Source: a virus (taxonomy: Duplodnaviria > Caudoviricetes). Taken from it: a DNA stretch of 57,314 nucleotides. How positions within the stretch are numbered: position 1 is the first letter of the stretch; the number at the start of each line of letters is the position of its first letter. Of this stretch, positions 1 to 8,937 are shown one piece after another. Made by a program: the position numbers and the translations under genes. Location of the stretch: IMG/VR virus record IMGVR_UViG_3300042884_000922, positions 1-57,314 of that record; one strand, given 5' to 3'. The notes under the pieces are model-generated. The model was given only the letters and a program-made list of their open reading frames with translations, had not been told where the DNA came from and made no database searches.

Positions 1-48
1 TTAGTGATGATGATCTTTGGTATTAAGGAACTCTAATATAATAAACGT

Positions 49-528
49 ATGGGACTTGACATGTATATATTTAAAGTTAAGAAGACTGCTCACTCTATTA
101 AAGAACTGAGCGATCTTAATCGCAATCCGCAACCTGGACAGCCAGAAGTTGCGGAGTTTGAGCCATTGCAGCGCCCGTATGAAGATACGTGTCCTGATTA
201 TTACTCAATCTTCCAAGAGGTTGCATACTGGCGTAAGTTTAATGCACTGCATCAGTGGTTTGTTACAACTGTTCAGGCAGGTATTGATAAATGCGATCTT
301 TATGAACTAGATAAAGATATTCTTTTTGAACTGTTAGAGATTCTTGAGGATGTTTACCATCTTAAGAATCCTAGTAAGCTGCCTCCCACACAAGGATTCT
401 TTTGGGGATCAACTGAAGTAGACGACTACTATTGGGATAAAGTAGAGCGCAGTATTCAAACAATTTCGGGTTTGATTGACTATACAGATTGGGATAACGA
501 ACGCCTCTTCTATCAATCTTCTTGGTAA
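49..528 (+). CDS. Phage hypothetical protein
   Basis: Clean 159-aa ORF (MGLDMY...EVAYWRKFNALHQWF...GFFWG); TATAAT at 37-42 just upstream; no function recognised. Confidence 0.75.
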   Translation: MGLDMYIFKVKKTAHSIKELSDLNRNPQPGQPEVAEFEPLQRPYEDTCPDYYSIFQEVAYWRKFNALHQWFVTTVQAGIDKCDLYELDKDILFELLEILEDVYHLKNPSKLPPTQGFFWGSTEVDDYYWDKVERSIQTISGLIDYTDWDNERLFYQSSW

Positions 529-533
529 AATTT

Positions 534-1202
534 ATGATAAATAAAGTAGAACTAATTGGACATTATGGGTGTGATGAAACTATCTCTTGTAGTGCATGGA
601 CAAGCACATCACGAGAATTAACTGATGAAAAGAAATCGCGCATTCCTGGACTCATCAACATGTTGTGGTCTAATGGTCACGAAACACCGTTTGAAAAAGG
701 CAGCGTGCATTTTCTTGTTGATACTGACATTGCCTCTCATATTCATCTGCTCAAGCATCGTATTGCTAGCATTAATGCTGAATCAGCACGATACAAAGAA
801 CTAAAGGAAGACAAGTATTATCTGCCTGAAGATTGGCGAGATATCAAAGCAAATACAACAAAGGTATTCTTTCGAAACCTTGATGAAGGTGCTGATTGGG
901 TTAAAATCTTAGAGCAATACACAAAACTTGGTAATATGCTCTATCATGATTGTCTTGCCGACCTTACACCAGTTCTTGGTCGTAAACGAGCGAAGGAAAG
1001 TGCTCGATTCTTTAAGACATACAACAGTCAAATTCAGGCTGATGTTCAATTTAATATGCGTAGCTTTGCAAACTTTTTGAAGTTGAGAAACTCTGAGCAT
1101 GCACAGCTAGAGATACGTGAGATCTCAGCAGAGATGCTCCGACTTGTATCAGAAATTGAAGGAGAGCCATTTAAACATACATTAGCAGCATGGAATATCT
1201 AA
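534..1202 (+). CDS. thyX: Flavin-dependent thymidylate synthase ThyX
   Basis: GHETPFE, KHRIASINAESARY (RHRx7S motif with K for the first R), KESARF, NMRSFANFLKLR and HAQLEIR motifs; ATG at 534 preferred over the TTG at 522. Confidence 0.92.
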   Translation: MINKVELIGHYGCDETISCSAWTSTSRELTDEKKSRIPGLINMLWSNGHETPFEKGSVHFLVDTDIASHIHLLKHRIASINAESARYKELKEDKYYLPEDWRDIKANTTKVFFRNLDEGADWVKILEQYTKLGNMLYHDCLADLTPVLGRKRAKESARFFKTYNSQIQADVQFNMRSFANFLKLRNSEHAQLEIREISAEMLRLVSEIEGEPFKHTLAAWNI

Positions 1203-1363
1203 AATATGAACACATTGACACTACAACAGCAAACTTGCTTTGGCTTATAACTTGTCAAAGCGAATCAAAGGGTGACAGTTTGAGAGCGTCTTATGAAAGC
1301 GCTCTCTGCAAAATTTGCGAACTTAAAATGCAAGCTGATAGTTATCGCTGCAAAACTTATTAA
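1190..1363 (+). CDS. Small hypothetical protein (57 aa), below the ORF-track cutoff
   Basis: Read by hand: ATG1190 MEYLKYEHIDTTTANLLWLITCQSESKGDSLRASYESALCKICELKMQADSYRCKTY TAA1363; overlaps the thyX stop and fills the gap before the next promoter. Confidence 0.5.
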   Translation: MEYLKYEHIDTTTANLLWLITCQSESKGDSLRASYESALCKICELKMQADSYRCKTY

Positions 1364-1372
1364 AGTTTCTTA

Positions 1373-1401
1373 TTTACTTTTAATCTAAAATGGTGTATAA
1401 T
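1373..1401 (+). promoter_or_regulatory. Sigma70-type (early) promoter
   Basis: TTTACT (1373-1378), 17-nt spacer, TATAAT (1396-1401), then ATG at 1408. Confidence 0.7.
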
Positions 1402-1407
1402 AGTCTT

Positions 1408-1674
1408 ATGACAAACAATAAGTTTGATAAAGAAAAAATACTGGAGCAACTTCAAAATGGAGTCGTACTCGTCACTTTTACCAAAGCTGATGGCACAGTT
1501 CGTAGTATGAAGTGTACGCTTCAACCTAGTCTGCTTCCTCCGCATACAATCAAAGAAAAGACGTGTGCGAGCGGAGAAAACTGTGACTGCATCAAGGCAT
1601 ATGACCTTGAAGTGAATGGGTGGAGAGCCTTTAAAATTTCTAGAATAATTTCAATTTTTGACACAAATGAGTAA
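1408..1674 (+). CDS. WYL_2 / DUF2693-like Sm/SH3 beta-barrel protein
   Basis: LQNGVVLVTFTKADGTVRSMKCTL...AYDLEVNGWRAFKISRI pattern; ATG 1408 chosen because the 1390 start lies inside the promoter. Confidence 0.7.
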   Translation: MTNNKFDKEKILEQLQNGVVLVTFTKADGTVRSMKCTLQPSLLPPHTIKEKTCASGENCDCIKAYDLEVNGWRAFKISRIISIFDTNE

Positions 1675-2884
1675 TGCATTTAAAGCTGGACGCGTAATTG
1701 CGCCTGACGCAAAATGGACAGGTGACGAACCAGACTGGAATGGTTGGGAAACTTGGCCAACCGAAAAGTTTTATAAGACACGGGCACGTGCTTTAGGGTT
1801 TTATAATTACTACTTGGATACTGCCGCGATGAAGCCACTCGTGCTTGATTGGATGAAGATCAACGGGTATAACAAGGATGATGTCTCTGCAATCAAAGAG
1901 GCAAACCCAAATGTTTTACCAAGCACTGTTGGCAAACTTGTACGATGCTTGACCCGTGGAATGCCAAGCATACACCCGCAGGCAACAGATTATTTTGCAA
2001 CACTTCCTTTTCATGATGAGCCGCCAGTTCCAAAGGATGACGCATCAGTTGTGCATTACGAGTTAAAGCGTGCTATTACTCTTTTGCGAGCAAGTTCATT
2101 GGCAAATGACGGTGATGGCACAAAAGTCAAAGTTCCAACTCCTAGTCCGCTTGACCGTATACGCGAGAGGGTGCACAAAGAGATTGTTTCACCACTTGAA
2201 GATTGTCTCGAGCAGTGGGCGGTCACTCGTTCTGGAAACGCATCCTTTAATATGTCAGTTGCATTACGGGACTCTAAGATTCCTGCACAAGGCTGCAAGA
2301 CTATACTTGATTGGTTAGAAAAGAACCATACTGAGTATAACGGAGCGCTTCAGCGTGAGGATGAACAACTTGTTGAGGGATATTCATACTTATCAAAGCC
2401 TGAACTTCGAAAAATCGTAAAGTCTCTAGAGAGCATGATTGACGATGTTCGTAACCACACAAAAATTAAAAATTCTACTCGCAAGCCACGTAAGAAAAAG
2501 GTTAAAGATGCGAGCAAGCAGGTGTCTAAACTAAAATATCAACAACACTCTGCTGACTGGAGTCTTGATTCGGTTTCGCCGAATCGCATACCTTCTTCCC
2601 AGAGACTCTACCTCTTTAATACAAAAACACGTGCACTAAGTGTATATGTCGCCTCAGGCGCATCCGGGTTTGAAGTAAAAGGAACATCATTAAAGGGCTA
2701 TGACACTTCAATCAGCTTTGTAGCGACTCTTCGTAAGCCTAAAGAGACACTAAATAACATTTTAAGTTCTACACCAAAGCAACTTGAAAAGCTATTTTCA
2801 AACTTGTCAGTTAAGAAAAAACCGGCTAACGGACGTATAAATGAACAAATGGTAATCGTAAAGGTCGTTGAGAATAAACTATGA
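1667..2884 (+). CDS. Conserved T4-like phage hypothetical protein
   Basis: About 405-aa ORF with a basic TRKPRKKKVK segment and C-terminal TLRKP...NGRINE; lies upstream of gp33; function not recognised. Confidence 0.75.
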   Translation: MSNAFKAGRVIAPDAKWTGDEPDWNGWETWPTEKFYKTRARALGFYNYYLDTAAMKPLVLDWMKINGYNKDDVSAIKEANPNVLPSTVGKLVRCLTRGMPSIHPQATDYFATLPFHDEPPVPKDDASVVHYELKRAITLLRASSLANDGDGTKVKVPTPSPLDRIRERVHKEIVSPLEDCLEQWAVTRSGNASFNMSVALRDSKIPAQGCKTILDWLEKNHTEYNGALQREDEQLVEGYSYLSKPELRKIVKSLESMIDDVRNHTKIKNSTRKPRKKKVKDASKQVSKLKYQQHSADWSLDSVSPNRIPSSQRLYLFNTKTRALSVYVASGASGFEVKGTSLKGYDTSISFVATLRKPKETLNNILSSTPKQLEKLFSNLSVKKKPANGRINEQMVIVKVVENKL

Positions 2885-3153
2885 AAAGTTTAAAAATTTA
2901 CACAATTATCAGTTGCAAAGACTGTCATGAATTTCATAAAATTGTAGATGAAGTTTGCAAAGAGTTGAATATGTCTAAACAACTCGTTGACATTGATAAA
3001 GAAGAAAATTTAAAAACTAATTTAGAAGAGATGGTAAAATACAATGTCATGAGTATACCACATACATTAGTATACAATGACGGAGTGCCGCACCATGGAA
3101 TGTCTGGAATATTAACTAAACAACAATTATTAGAACTAATAAATAATGTCTGA
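2881..3153 (+). CDS. Thioredoxin/glutaredoxin-like protein
   Basis: CxxC (CKDC) near the N-terminus, cis-Pro-type motif VMSIPH, 90 aa. Confidence 0.75.
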   Translation: MKSLKIYTIISCKDCHEFHKIVDEVCKELNMSKQLVDIDKEENLKTNLEEMVKYNVMSIPHTLVYNDGVPHHGMSGILTKQQLLELINNV

Positions 3154-3382
3154 AGAACTGCCTATAAAAATTTTAACAAAGCAGGAGTTTGCTCTTGAAA
3201 TTGAACGTCGTGTTCGCCTCAAATCCATAGGATATCTTGAAGCAATTATTGACTATTGCGATGACCATACAATAGATCCAGACGACATTTCAAAACTTGT
3301 TGTCGGCAGTCTAAAAGAAAAACTTGAAGCCGAGGCACAGCGCAATAACTTATTGCCTAGGAGCGCATCACTATTTGCATGA
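3146..3382 (+). CDS. gp33: Late-transcription coactivator gp33
   Basis: FALEIE...YLEAIIDYC...SLKEKLEAEAQRNNLL; 33-59-32 synteny. Confidence 0.88.
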   Translation: MSEELPIKILTKQEFALEIERRVRLKSIGYLEAIIDYCDDHTIDPDDISKLVVGSLKEKLEAEAQRNNLLPRSASLFA

Positions 3383-3996
3383 TAACTCAGGACGCACGAG
3401 TCTCTGGTTTTGAGACGTGGTCAATTTATATGGCCATGAAATTACATTTTAGTGAAGGCAACTATGATGCATTTAAATTTAATTTTAAGGGTCCGCGTTT
3501 AAAGGAGAGCACCTTTCAGTCTCGTCGTGATCGGTATTTTTTTGAAAAATTGGCTCGTCGTTATGTTAAAAAGAAAACAGTAATTGAATATTTTTTAGCC
3601 AACCTGCTCTCCGGAAACGAATGGATTGGAAACATGTCTGAAGAGGCCTATACACTTTGGACTTCTAAAATACAGCGATTACAATACAGCTTTAAAGAAG
3701 AGCTCACTGCATGCAAGTCGATTACTGACAACTTTGATGAACTGTTGCAACCGCGCGGCTCGCAAATACCACTCTATGATTTTGCGGCGAGTGGTCGAGT
3801 CTCTGTAGAGACGCTATGCATACTTGATGTCTTATGCAACTATTCATGTCGTATCGTTGCAGGAGTGTCTGATCCAATGGGGCTTTACGCCGCCATGACT
3901 CTAAAGATAAATAACTACAAGCCATTTATTCGTAACTTACCATTACAACAAAAAGCTTTTCAAGAAATTGTAATAAAAACATTTACAAAGCCTTGA
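3379..3996 (+). CDS. gp59: Helicase loader gp59
   Basis: YMAMKLHFSEGNYDAFKF...RRDRYFFEKL...VSVETLCILD; between gp33 and gp32. Confidence 0.9.
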   Translation: MITQDARVSGFETWSIYMAMKLHFSEGNYDAFKFNFKGPRLKESTFQSRRDRYFFEKLARRYVKKKTVIEYFLANLLSGNEWIGNMSEEAYTLWTSKIQRLQYSFKEELTACKSITDNFDELLQPRGSQIPLYDFAASGRVSVETLCILDVLCNYSCRIVAGVSDPMGLYAAMTLKINNYKPFIRNLPLQQKAFQEIVIKTFTKP

Positions 3997-4009
3997 AATA
4001 TGTTATAAT
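3982..4009 (+). promoter_or_regulatory. Sigma70-type promoter for gene 32 with extended -10
   Basis: TTTACA (3982-3987), 16-nt spacer, TG at 4001-4002, TATAAT (4004-4009). Confidence 0.65.
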
Positions 4010-4067
4010 AGCCAAGTGGTTATTATAACATCACACAATAACAATACACTGCAATACAAATAAACAT

Positions 4068-4991
4068 ATGTCATTTGATAAACTAAAACAAAATCGGGCA
4101 GCAAGCATCAATAAACTTGTTGAAGCTGCAGAAAAATTGAGTACACCAAAAGCTTCATACGGAGACGATCGTATTTGGAGCCCAGTAGTTGATAAAGCTG
4201 GAAACGGTTATGCCGTGATTCGCTTTTTGCCAGCGCTTGAAGGTGAAGATCTGCCATGGGTTCGCTTTTGGGATCATGGTTTTAAGGGACCAACTGGTCG
4301 TTGGTACATTGAAAATTCTCTTACCAGTATTGGTCAACCTGACCCGGTAAGTGAGATTAACAGCGTGCTTTGGAACAGCGGCAATGAAAAAGACAAAGAG
4401 ATTGCTCGCGAGCGTAAGCGTCGTTTACATTATGTCTCTAATATTCTAGTGCTTAGTGACCCAGCAAATCCAGACAACGAAGGTAAAGTTTTCTTGTACA
4501 AATATGGCAAGAAAATCTTTGACAAGATTATGGATATTATGCAACCACAGTTTCAAGATGAGACTCCAATCAACCCATTTGATTTTTGGGCAGGTGCAAA
4601 CTTTAAGTTGAAAATTCGCAACTTTGAAGGTTATCGTAACTATGACAAGTCTGAATTTGAAGGAGCTTCTGAACTCTTTAGCGGAGACGAAGCCAAGCTT
4701 GAGAAGACTTACAATTCGTTGTACTCATTAAAGGACTTTATTGATCCTGCAAACTATAAGTCGTATGCAGATCTTAAGCGCAAGCTTGTTGAAGTACTTG
4801 GTGCTGAAGCGCTCGCTGGTTCTTCTACTGAACCAGCAAGTGTAAACGTCGCGGCGGCAGCGGTAGGCAAGTCGGCTGAACAGACTCCAAGTTATAAAAG
4901 TACTGAATCGACATTCTCTGCATCAAGCACAGATGACGATGATGACGATGAGTCGCTTAGCTACTTTGCAAAGCTAGCTCAAGGCGGTTAA
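4068..4991 (+). CDS. gp32: Single-stranded DNA-binding protein gp32
   Basis: DKAGNGYAVIRFLP, WYIENSLTSIG, NEGKVFLYKYGKKIFDKI, NPFDFWAGANFKLK and acidic tail DDDDDDESLSYFAKLA; no Cys zinc ligands. Confidence 0.97.
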   Translation: MSFDKLKQNRAASINKLVEAAEKLSTPKASYGDDRIWSPVVDKAGNGYAVIRFLPALEGEDLPWVRFWDHGFKGPTGRWYIENSLTSIGQPDPVSEINSVLWNSGNEKDKEIARERKRRLHYVSNILVLSDPANPDNEGKVFLYKYGKKIFDKIMDIMQPQFQDETPINPFDFWAGANFKLKIRNFEGYRNYDKSEFEGASELFSGDEAKLEKTYNSLYSLKDFIDPANYKSYADLKRKLVEVLGAEALAGSSTEPASVNVAAAAVGKSAEQTPSYKSTESTFSASSTDDDDDDESLSYFAKLAQGG

Positions 4992-5013
4992 TCACTAACT
5001 CTAACTCTATATG

Positions 5014-5046
5014 AAACGGGGGATAGATTCGCTCTATCCCCCGTTT
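5014..5046. terminator. Probable bidirectional rho-independent terminator
   Basis: Perfect 14-bp stem AAACGGGGGATAGA / TCTATCCCCCGTTT with a TTCGC loop, between convergent gp32 and tape-measure-like genes. Confidence 0.85.
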
Positions 5047-5050
5047 ATGT

Positions 5051-6931
5051 TTATCTAGCCATTAAATTTAAATTACTGCCAGTCACAATAGGATCATAGA
5101 TTGCCTGCGTATTATTTACGCGACTTGTAGTATTGTTTGTAGTATTACCACCATAATTATTTACTACTATTGGCGCTACAAGAGTGTTTGCACTGCTTTG
5201 ATTTAAAGTTTGACCTGTATTATTTTGTGGTCTTTCGAAAGATGGTGTAGATATATTTGTAGTAATATTCGAACTCTTTAATAGTTCATCAGAGCGTGTA
5301 GCTGCTTCAGGAGTGCTATAGTCTAACTTCATGTCTCCTAAATCACCGCTAATCTTTTCGTTTCGCAGTTGGTTTAAATATTCAGCATCACTTAATACGC
5401 CATCCCCGTCAGTATCATAACCTTTTGTTTTTTGTAACTGTTTCGCAGTTTCTTTAGCGACGCCAGACGAATCCATTGCTTTAGATACTGCTCCTGTAGT
5501 TTCAGTCACTACATTTTCTTTCATTGCTGGTTTTTTCATGCCAGCATATTCGTATATTGATTCTGGTATTGCTTTTGCTGCCCAATATAATGGATCAAAT
5601 CCACTTGTATGTTTTTCAGGATCTGGCAATACTGCGCGCAATACAATTTTAGGAAATTCAAATATACCCTTAAACCCTTTAGTACTTATTGATTTCAATG
5701 CTTCTTTTAACATTTTAGGTATTGTGGTAAATGGAGCCAGCATTAAATCAAATATACTCTCACCAAAATCAACAAGACCTTCTACAAAACTTTCTATAAT
5801 AGCACTAAACGAAAAACTATCTAGTAACTTTTCAACTTGCTTGAAACCTAATGCTCCTGCTATCCAAGAGATTCCTCCTTTAATCATATCAAGTATTCCA
5901 CCAACAAGTCCATTTAGTAGACCACTTAATCCTCCTTTAATCGCTCCTTCGACACCATCTTTTTTATAGCCAGCAATTGCGCCCGTTACAGTATCCCATA
6001 ATCCCATTATTATTGTTAGAGGCAATGCTAATTTTGCTAATAGCCCTCCAAACATTTTACCTACCTTAAAGGCAACAGAGAATTTATTAGCAATTGCAGT
6101 ATATTTAGTTCCTATTGATGAAATAAAACCTTTTATGCCTGAAATCAATCCTTCACCCTTTGGTAAAAATTCTCCTATTGCTTTTAAAAGATCCGCAAAT
6201 GGTGTATAAAAAGATTTTATCTTTGAGACGAGACCTTTAAACATATCACTCTTATCTAATACGCCCTTTAATGCATTTTTACTAGCATTTAATCTTGAAA
6301 GTGCACCTTCCTTTATAGCAGTAAAAAAACCAGAAACGCTTGTGCGCAATGAATTTGAAAATTCACTTATTGCTTTTATAGCTTTTGTATTTTTAAAGCT
6401 AGTTAATATATTAGAATATAGAGTCTTAATTCCGTTAACAAGTCCTGATGTAAAAGATGAAATTGCTTTGCCTACTTTAGAATTTTTTAATGCACCAATT
6501 ATAAGTGCTGATAACTGACCAAAAAACCCAACCAGCATTCCAGTTAAAAACCCGGCAGCTCCTATAACTGCTCCTAATATTCCACCAATACCAATTCCGC
6601 TATCATCTTTAAGAGGACTCGGCAATCTCTCTTTATCTTTTTTGCCAAGTCCTCGTAACGCTTCAAGTAACTCGCGACGATTCTCTTCAGCTTGCAAATC
6701 GTTTCCAACAAATATATCTAAAAATTTAAATATATTTTTGTGTATTCCAGTTATTTGATCTAGAATTTGCGTAAAGATAGGCGCAGTCTCTTCAGTTCGT
6801 GACTCGCTTTCTTTTACGAGCGAATTGTTTAAACTTTCTACCGAATCAAATATAAGTTCATTTACATGATTATTGTCCTGCAATTCTCCTATAATTGAAG
6901 TTAGTAGTTTTGGTGATTCTGTAGTTTCCAT
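5051..6931 (-). CDS. Tape measure / baseplate hub protein (gp29-like)
   Basis: 626-aa helical, Gly/Ala/hydrophobic-rich protein with membrane-like segments and an Asn/Thr-rich C-terminus (PIVVNNYGGNTTNN); immediately downstream of the gp26/gp51-like pair. Confidence 0.7.
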   Translation of the reverse strand: METTESPKLLTSIIGELQDNNHVNELIFDSVESLNNSLVKESESRTEETAPIFTQILDQITGIHKNIFKFLDIFVGNDLQAEENRRELLEALRGLGKKDKERLPSPLKDDSGIGIGGILGAVIGAAGFLTGMLVGFFGQLSALIIGALKNSKVGKAISSFTSGLVNGIKTLYSNILTSFKNTKAIKAISEFSNSLRTSVSGFFTAIKEGALSRLNASKNALKGVLDKSDMFKGLVSKIKSFYTPFADLLKAIGEFLPKGEGLISGIKGFISSIGTKYTAIANKFSVAFKVGKMFGGLLAKLALPLTIIMGLWDTVTGAIAGYKKDGVEGAIKGGLSGLLNGLVGGILDMIKGGISWIAGALGFKQVEKLLDSFSFSAIIESFVEGLVDFGESIFDLMLAPFTTIPKMLKEALKSISTKGFKGIFEFPKIVLRAVLPDPEKHTSGFDPLYWAAKAIPESIYEYAGMKKPAMKENVVTETTGAVSKAMDSSGVAKETAKQLQKTKGYDTDGDGVLSDAEYLNQLRNEKISGDLGDMKLDYSTPEAATRSDELLKSSNITTNISTPSFERPQNNTGQTLNQSSANTLVAPIVVNNYGGNTTNNTTSRVNNTQAIYDPIVTGSNLNLMAR

Positions 6932-7110
6932 TATTTTTTACGTCGTTGTTCTTCTTCTTTTAAAAATTTTAATAATAATGAGATGTATACTTCCCTCTCC
7001 CACGGCAACATATTATCCAATTCAGTTAGGCTGTATTTATGATGTTGTAGCAGCGCAAAATTTGTTTGATAATAATTACTTAATGATTCATGCGAGAGGG
7101 TTATTCGAAA
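6931..7110 (-). CDS. gp51-like short reading frame, probably expressed as a -1 frameshift extension of gp26
   Basis: Not in the ORF track. Reads FRITLSHESLSNYYQTNFALLQHHKYSLTELDNMLPWEREVYISLLLKFLKEEEQRRKK*; no ATG before the internal M-L-P-W; its stop overlaps the tape-measure ATG (TAATG). Confidence 0.75.
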   Translation of the reverse strand, partial: FRITLSHESLSNYYQTNFALLQHHKYSLTELDNMLPWEREVYISLLLKFLKEEEQRRKK

Positions 7111-7808
7111 AAAGAGTGTATGCCAGATAGTGTTATATCATTACTCTCTTTGCATGATGTGCAGTTAAAATGTATAGTTTTTTCTAATTTTGGAGAATTT
7201 TCAATAAAACTTTGTAGTTTGCCTAACTGTTCATGGTTTAATGAATTTACGAATGTGACCAGTTCTTCTCTTGGTGTATCATCTGTTGGATATACCTTTG
7301 ACTCGTCGAATATGGATTCGATTGACGAGATAATTATATCTGTAATTAGGTCTCCTTCACCTTTTGAAATGTCTGATAGCTTAGATATGTCTTTCGTCTT
7401 GATGTATCTCATGTTAACACCTACTTTTGGAGTCAACATAATTACTTTTTCTACATTTTTAGGAACAGTTACTGATATTTCATCAATGTTTATTGCGATA
7501 GGATTTTTATGATCACATTTTTTACACTTTACTAAAATGTTTGCAACTTCCCCCACGCTCTTTGAACGCAACTTTAAAAAAATATATTCTAGATCAAATG
7601 TGGTAAGATCATTAGGATTAACTTTTTCAAATGTACATGAACGTACGATGTCTTTCATTGCAGAGATCATTTGAGACGTCTCGCCAGACTCTTGAGCTAT
7701 AAGAAGTATTTTTTCTTCCTTTACTAAAAAGGGACGATATTCAACAGTTTTACCAGTTGATGGTATTGTAATATTATATTTTGGTATTTCAAGTGTTGGT
7801 AATGGCAT
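7101..7808 (-). CDS. gp26: Baseplate hub assembly protein gp26-like (tail assembly chaperone)
   Basis: MPLPTL...YRPFLVKEEKILL...FDLEYIFLKLRSKSVGE, two CxxC pairs, ends LSGIHSFFE. Confidence 0.85.
   Translation of the reverse strand: MPLPTLEIPKYNITIPSTGKTVEYRPFLVKEEKILLIAQESGETSQMISAMKDIVRSCTFEKVNPNDLTTFDLEYIFLKLRSKSVGEVANILVKCKKCDHKNPIAINIDEISVTVPKNVEKVIMLTPKVGVNMRYIKTKDISKLSDISKGEGDLITDIIISSIESIFDESKVYPTDDTPREELVTFVNSLNHEQLGKLQSFIENSPKLEKTIHFNCTSCKESNDITLSGIHSFFE
7107..7113 (-). promoter_or_regulatory. Candidate -1 ribosomal slippery site T TTT TTC
   Basis: Minus strand reads CAC TCT TTT TTC GAA TAA; a -1 slip gives TTT CGA ATA ACC CTC TCG CAT GAA and enters the gp51-like frame. Confidence 0.65.
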
Positions 7809-7811
7809 AAT

Positions 7812-8336
7812 TTATATATGGTTCGTTATTTCATATTTATCATAGGTCAGAGTGACATTAAATTTTGCAACTTCATCATCAGATGCGCTGTTTAATTCTA
7901 TAGTTTGTGCGCTTATTGGATAGGCATCCAATAATTTATGACTATAGACCTTTTCATTACGATCATTCAGTTGATTTATAATGACATCTCTACAATATGA
8001 TTTTCTATATTTCAAATAATATTCATCTGCATTTGTTTCAATAATTTTTGACATCCATGTGTCAAAAAACTTTTTTGTATAATAGTCTTGGGTGAGTAAA
8101 AAGGTTAATTCCACATCTTCATACATAATCCCAGTGGGGTATTTTGTGGCATGACGTATATGACTATATTCTGTAGTAAATATCTGCATACCAGGAAGAG
8201 ACACACTTTCGCATAGTAGGTCTATGCTTTTTGAAAGTTTTCCAACGTTGTCAAGTATTTCTATGCTAAATTTATTAGAACGAGCAAGTCCGTGCCGCGC
8301 TACTATTTCAGATTTTATTGTCTCTATATTATTCAT
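7812..8336 (-). CDS. Tail-tube-fold baseplate protein (gp54-like tube initiator)
   Basis: ARSNKFSIEI...LCESVSLPG...LTF...FFDTWM...LLDAYPIS...FNVTLTY tube-protein pattern; ATG 8336 overlaps the gp2 stop. Confidence 0.7.
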   Translation of the reverse strand: MNNIETIKSEIVARHGLARSNKFSIEILDNVGKLSKSIDLLCESVSLPGMQIFTTEYSHIRHATKYPTGIMYEDVELTFLLTQDYYTKKFFDTWMSKIIETNADEYYLKYRKSYCRDVIINQLNDRNEKVYSHKLLDAYPISAQTIELNSASDDEVAKFNVTLTYDKYEITNHI

Positions 8337-8917
8337 ATCAATCCGCGGGTACTTCCCCAAAGAGTTTGTTTAGTTTGGCCAATAAATGATTCGGTCGGCA
8401 AAAATAGTGCAATTTCCCATTCGGTTGGTAGTATTTCGACAGTCTTTGATGAAATCTGGTTATATAGGTAATGTTTAAAACACGGCGCAAAGGCACGAAG
8501 TTTTGCTGTGCTATTAAGTAGATTATATGATAGACGAAAGCGAGTGGATTCATCAAGTTTTTTATTATTTGTATAATCCATAAGACGATCAAAAAAAATG
8601 GCACGCTGTCGTGGCGGAAGATAATGTAGATTTAGGCCATAAAATCCTCCCTTTGCAGGGCCGACCATAAGTATAAGTGGAAAACGATCATAGTATGGCA
8701 ATGTCTCTTTATGTTTAGGATCATATAAAAACATAAACATACGACCAATAAGTGGACGAGCACGTGTTACGAGACTGTCATCAGTTAAAACCTTTGATGG
8801 AGATATATTTGTCAGAGTTCTTATTTTTTTATAGAACCAATCTTTAGACTCTGCAGTACGAGGCAAAAACCCCGCCCGGTCTGCATCTGACTGTATTTTA
8901 GAAAAAAGAGACGGCAT
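8333..8917 (-). CDS. gp2: DNA end protector protein gp2
   Basis: GRMFMFLYDPKHKETLPYYDRFPL...GLNLHYLPP...PCFKHYL...WEIALFLPTESF; start at 8917, downstream of a late promoter. Confidence 0.92.
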   Translation of the reverse strand: MPSLFSKIQSDADRAGFLPRTAESKDWFYKKIRTLTNISPSKVLTDDSLVTRARPLIGRMFMFLYDPKHKETLPYYDRFPLILMVGPAKGGFYGLNLHYLPPRQRAIFFDRLMDYTNNKKLDESTRFRLSYNLLNSTAKLRAFAPCFKHYLYNQISSKTVEILPTEWEIALFLPTESFIGQTKQTLWGSTRGLI

Positions 8918-8922
8918 ATATC

Positions 8923-8930
8923 TATTTATA
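8923..8930 (-). promoter_or_regulatory. T4-type late promoter TATAAATA
   Basis: Forward tatttata at 8923-8930, 5 nt before the gp2 ATG. Confidence 0.75.
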
Positions 8931-8937
8931 TGCAAAA

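Noticed and set aside
1-26. Possible 3' end of an upstream CDS (...SDDDLWY*)
   Set aside because: Too short to support a call
6873-7512. Plus-strand ORFs 6873-7130 and 7090-7512 (also 5538-5969)
   Set aside because: Antisense to recognisable minus-strand tail genes; no motifs
7809-7816. TATAAATT on the minus strand before gp26
   Set aside because: Abuts the ATG with no spacer and overlaps the upstream stop codon, so it could not produce a transcript containing that start
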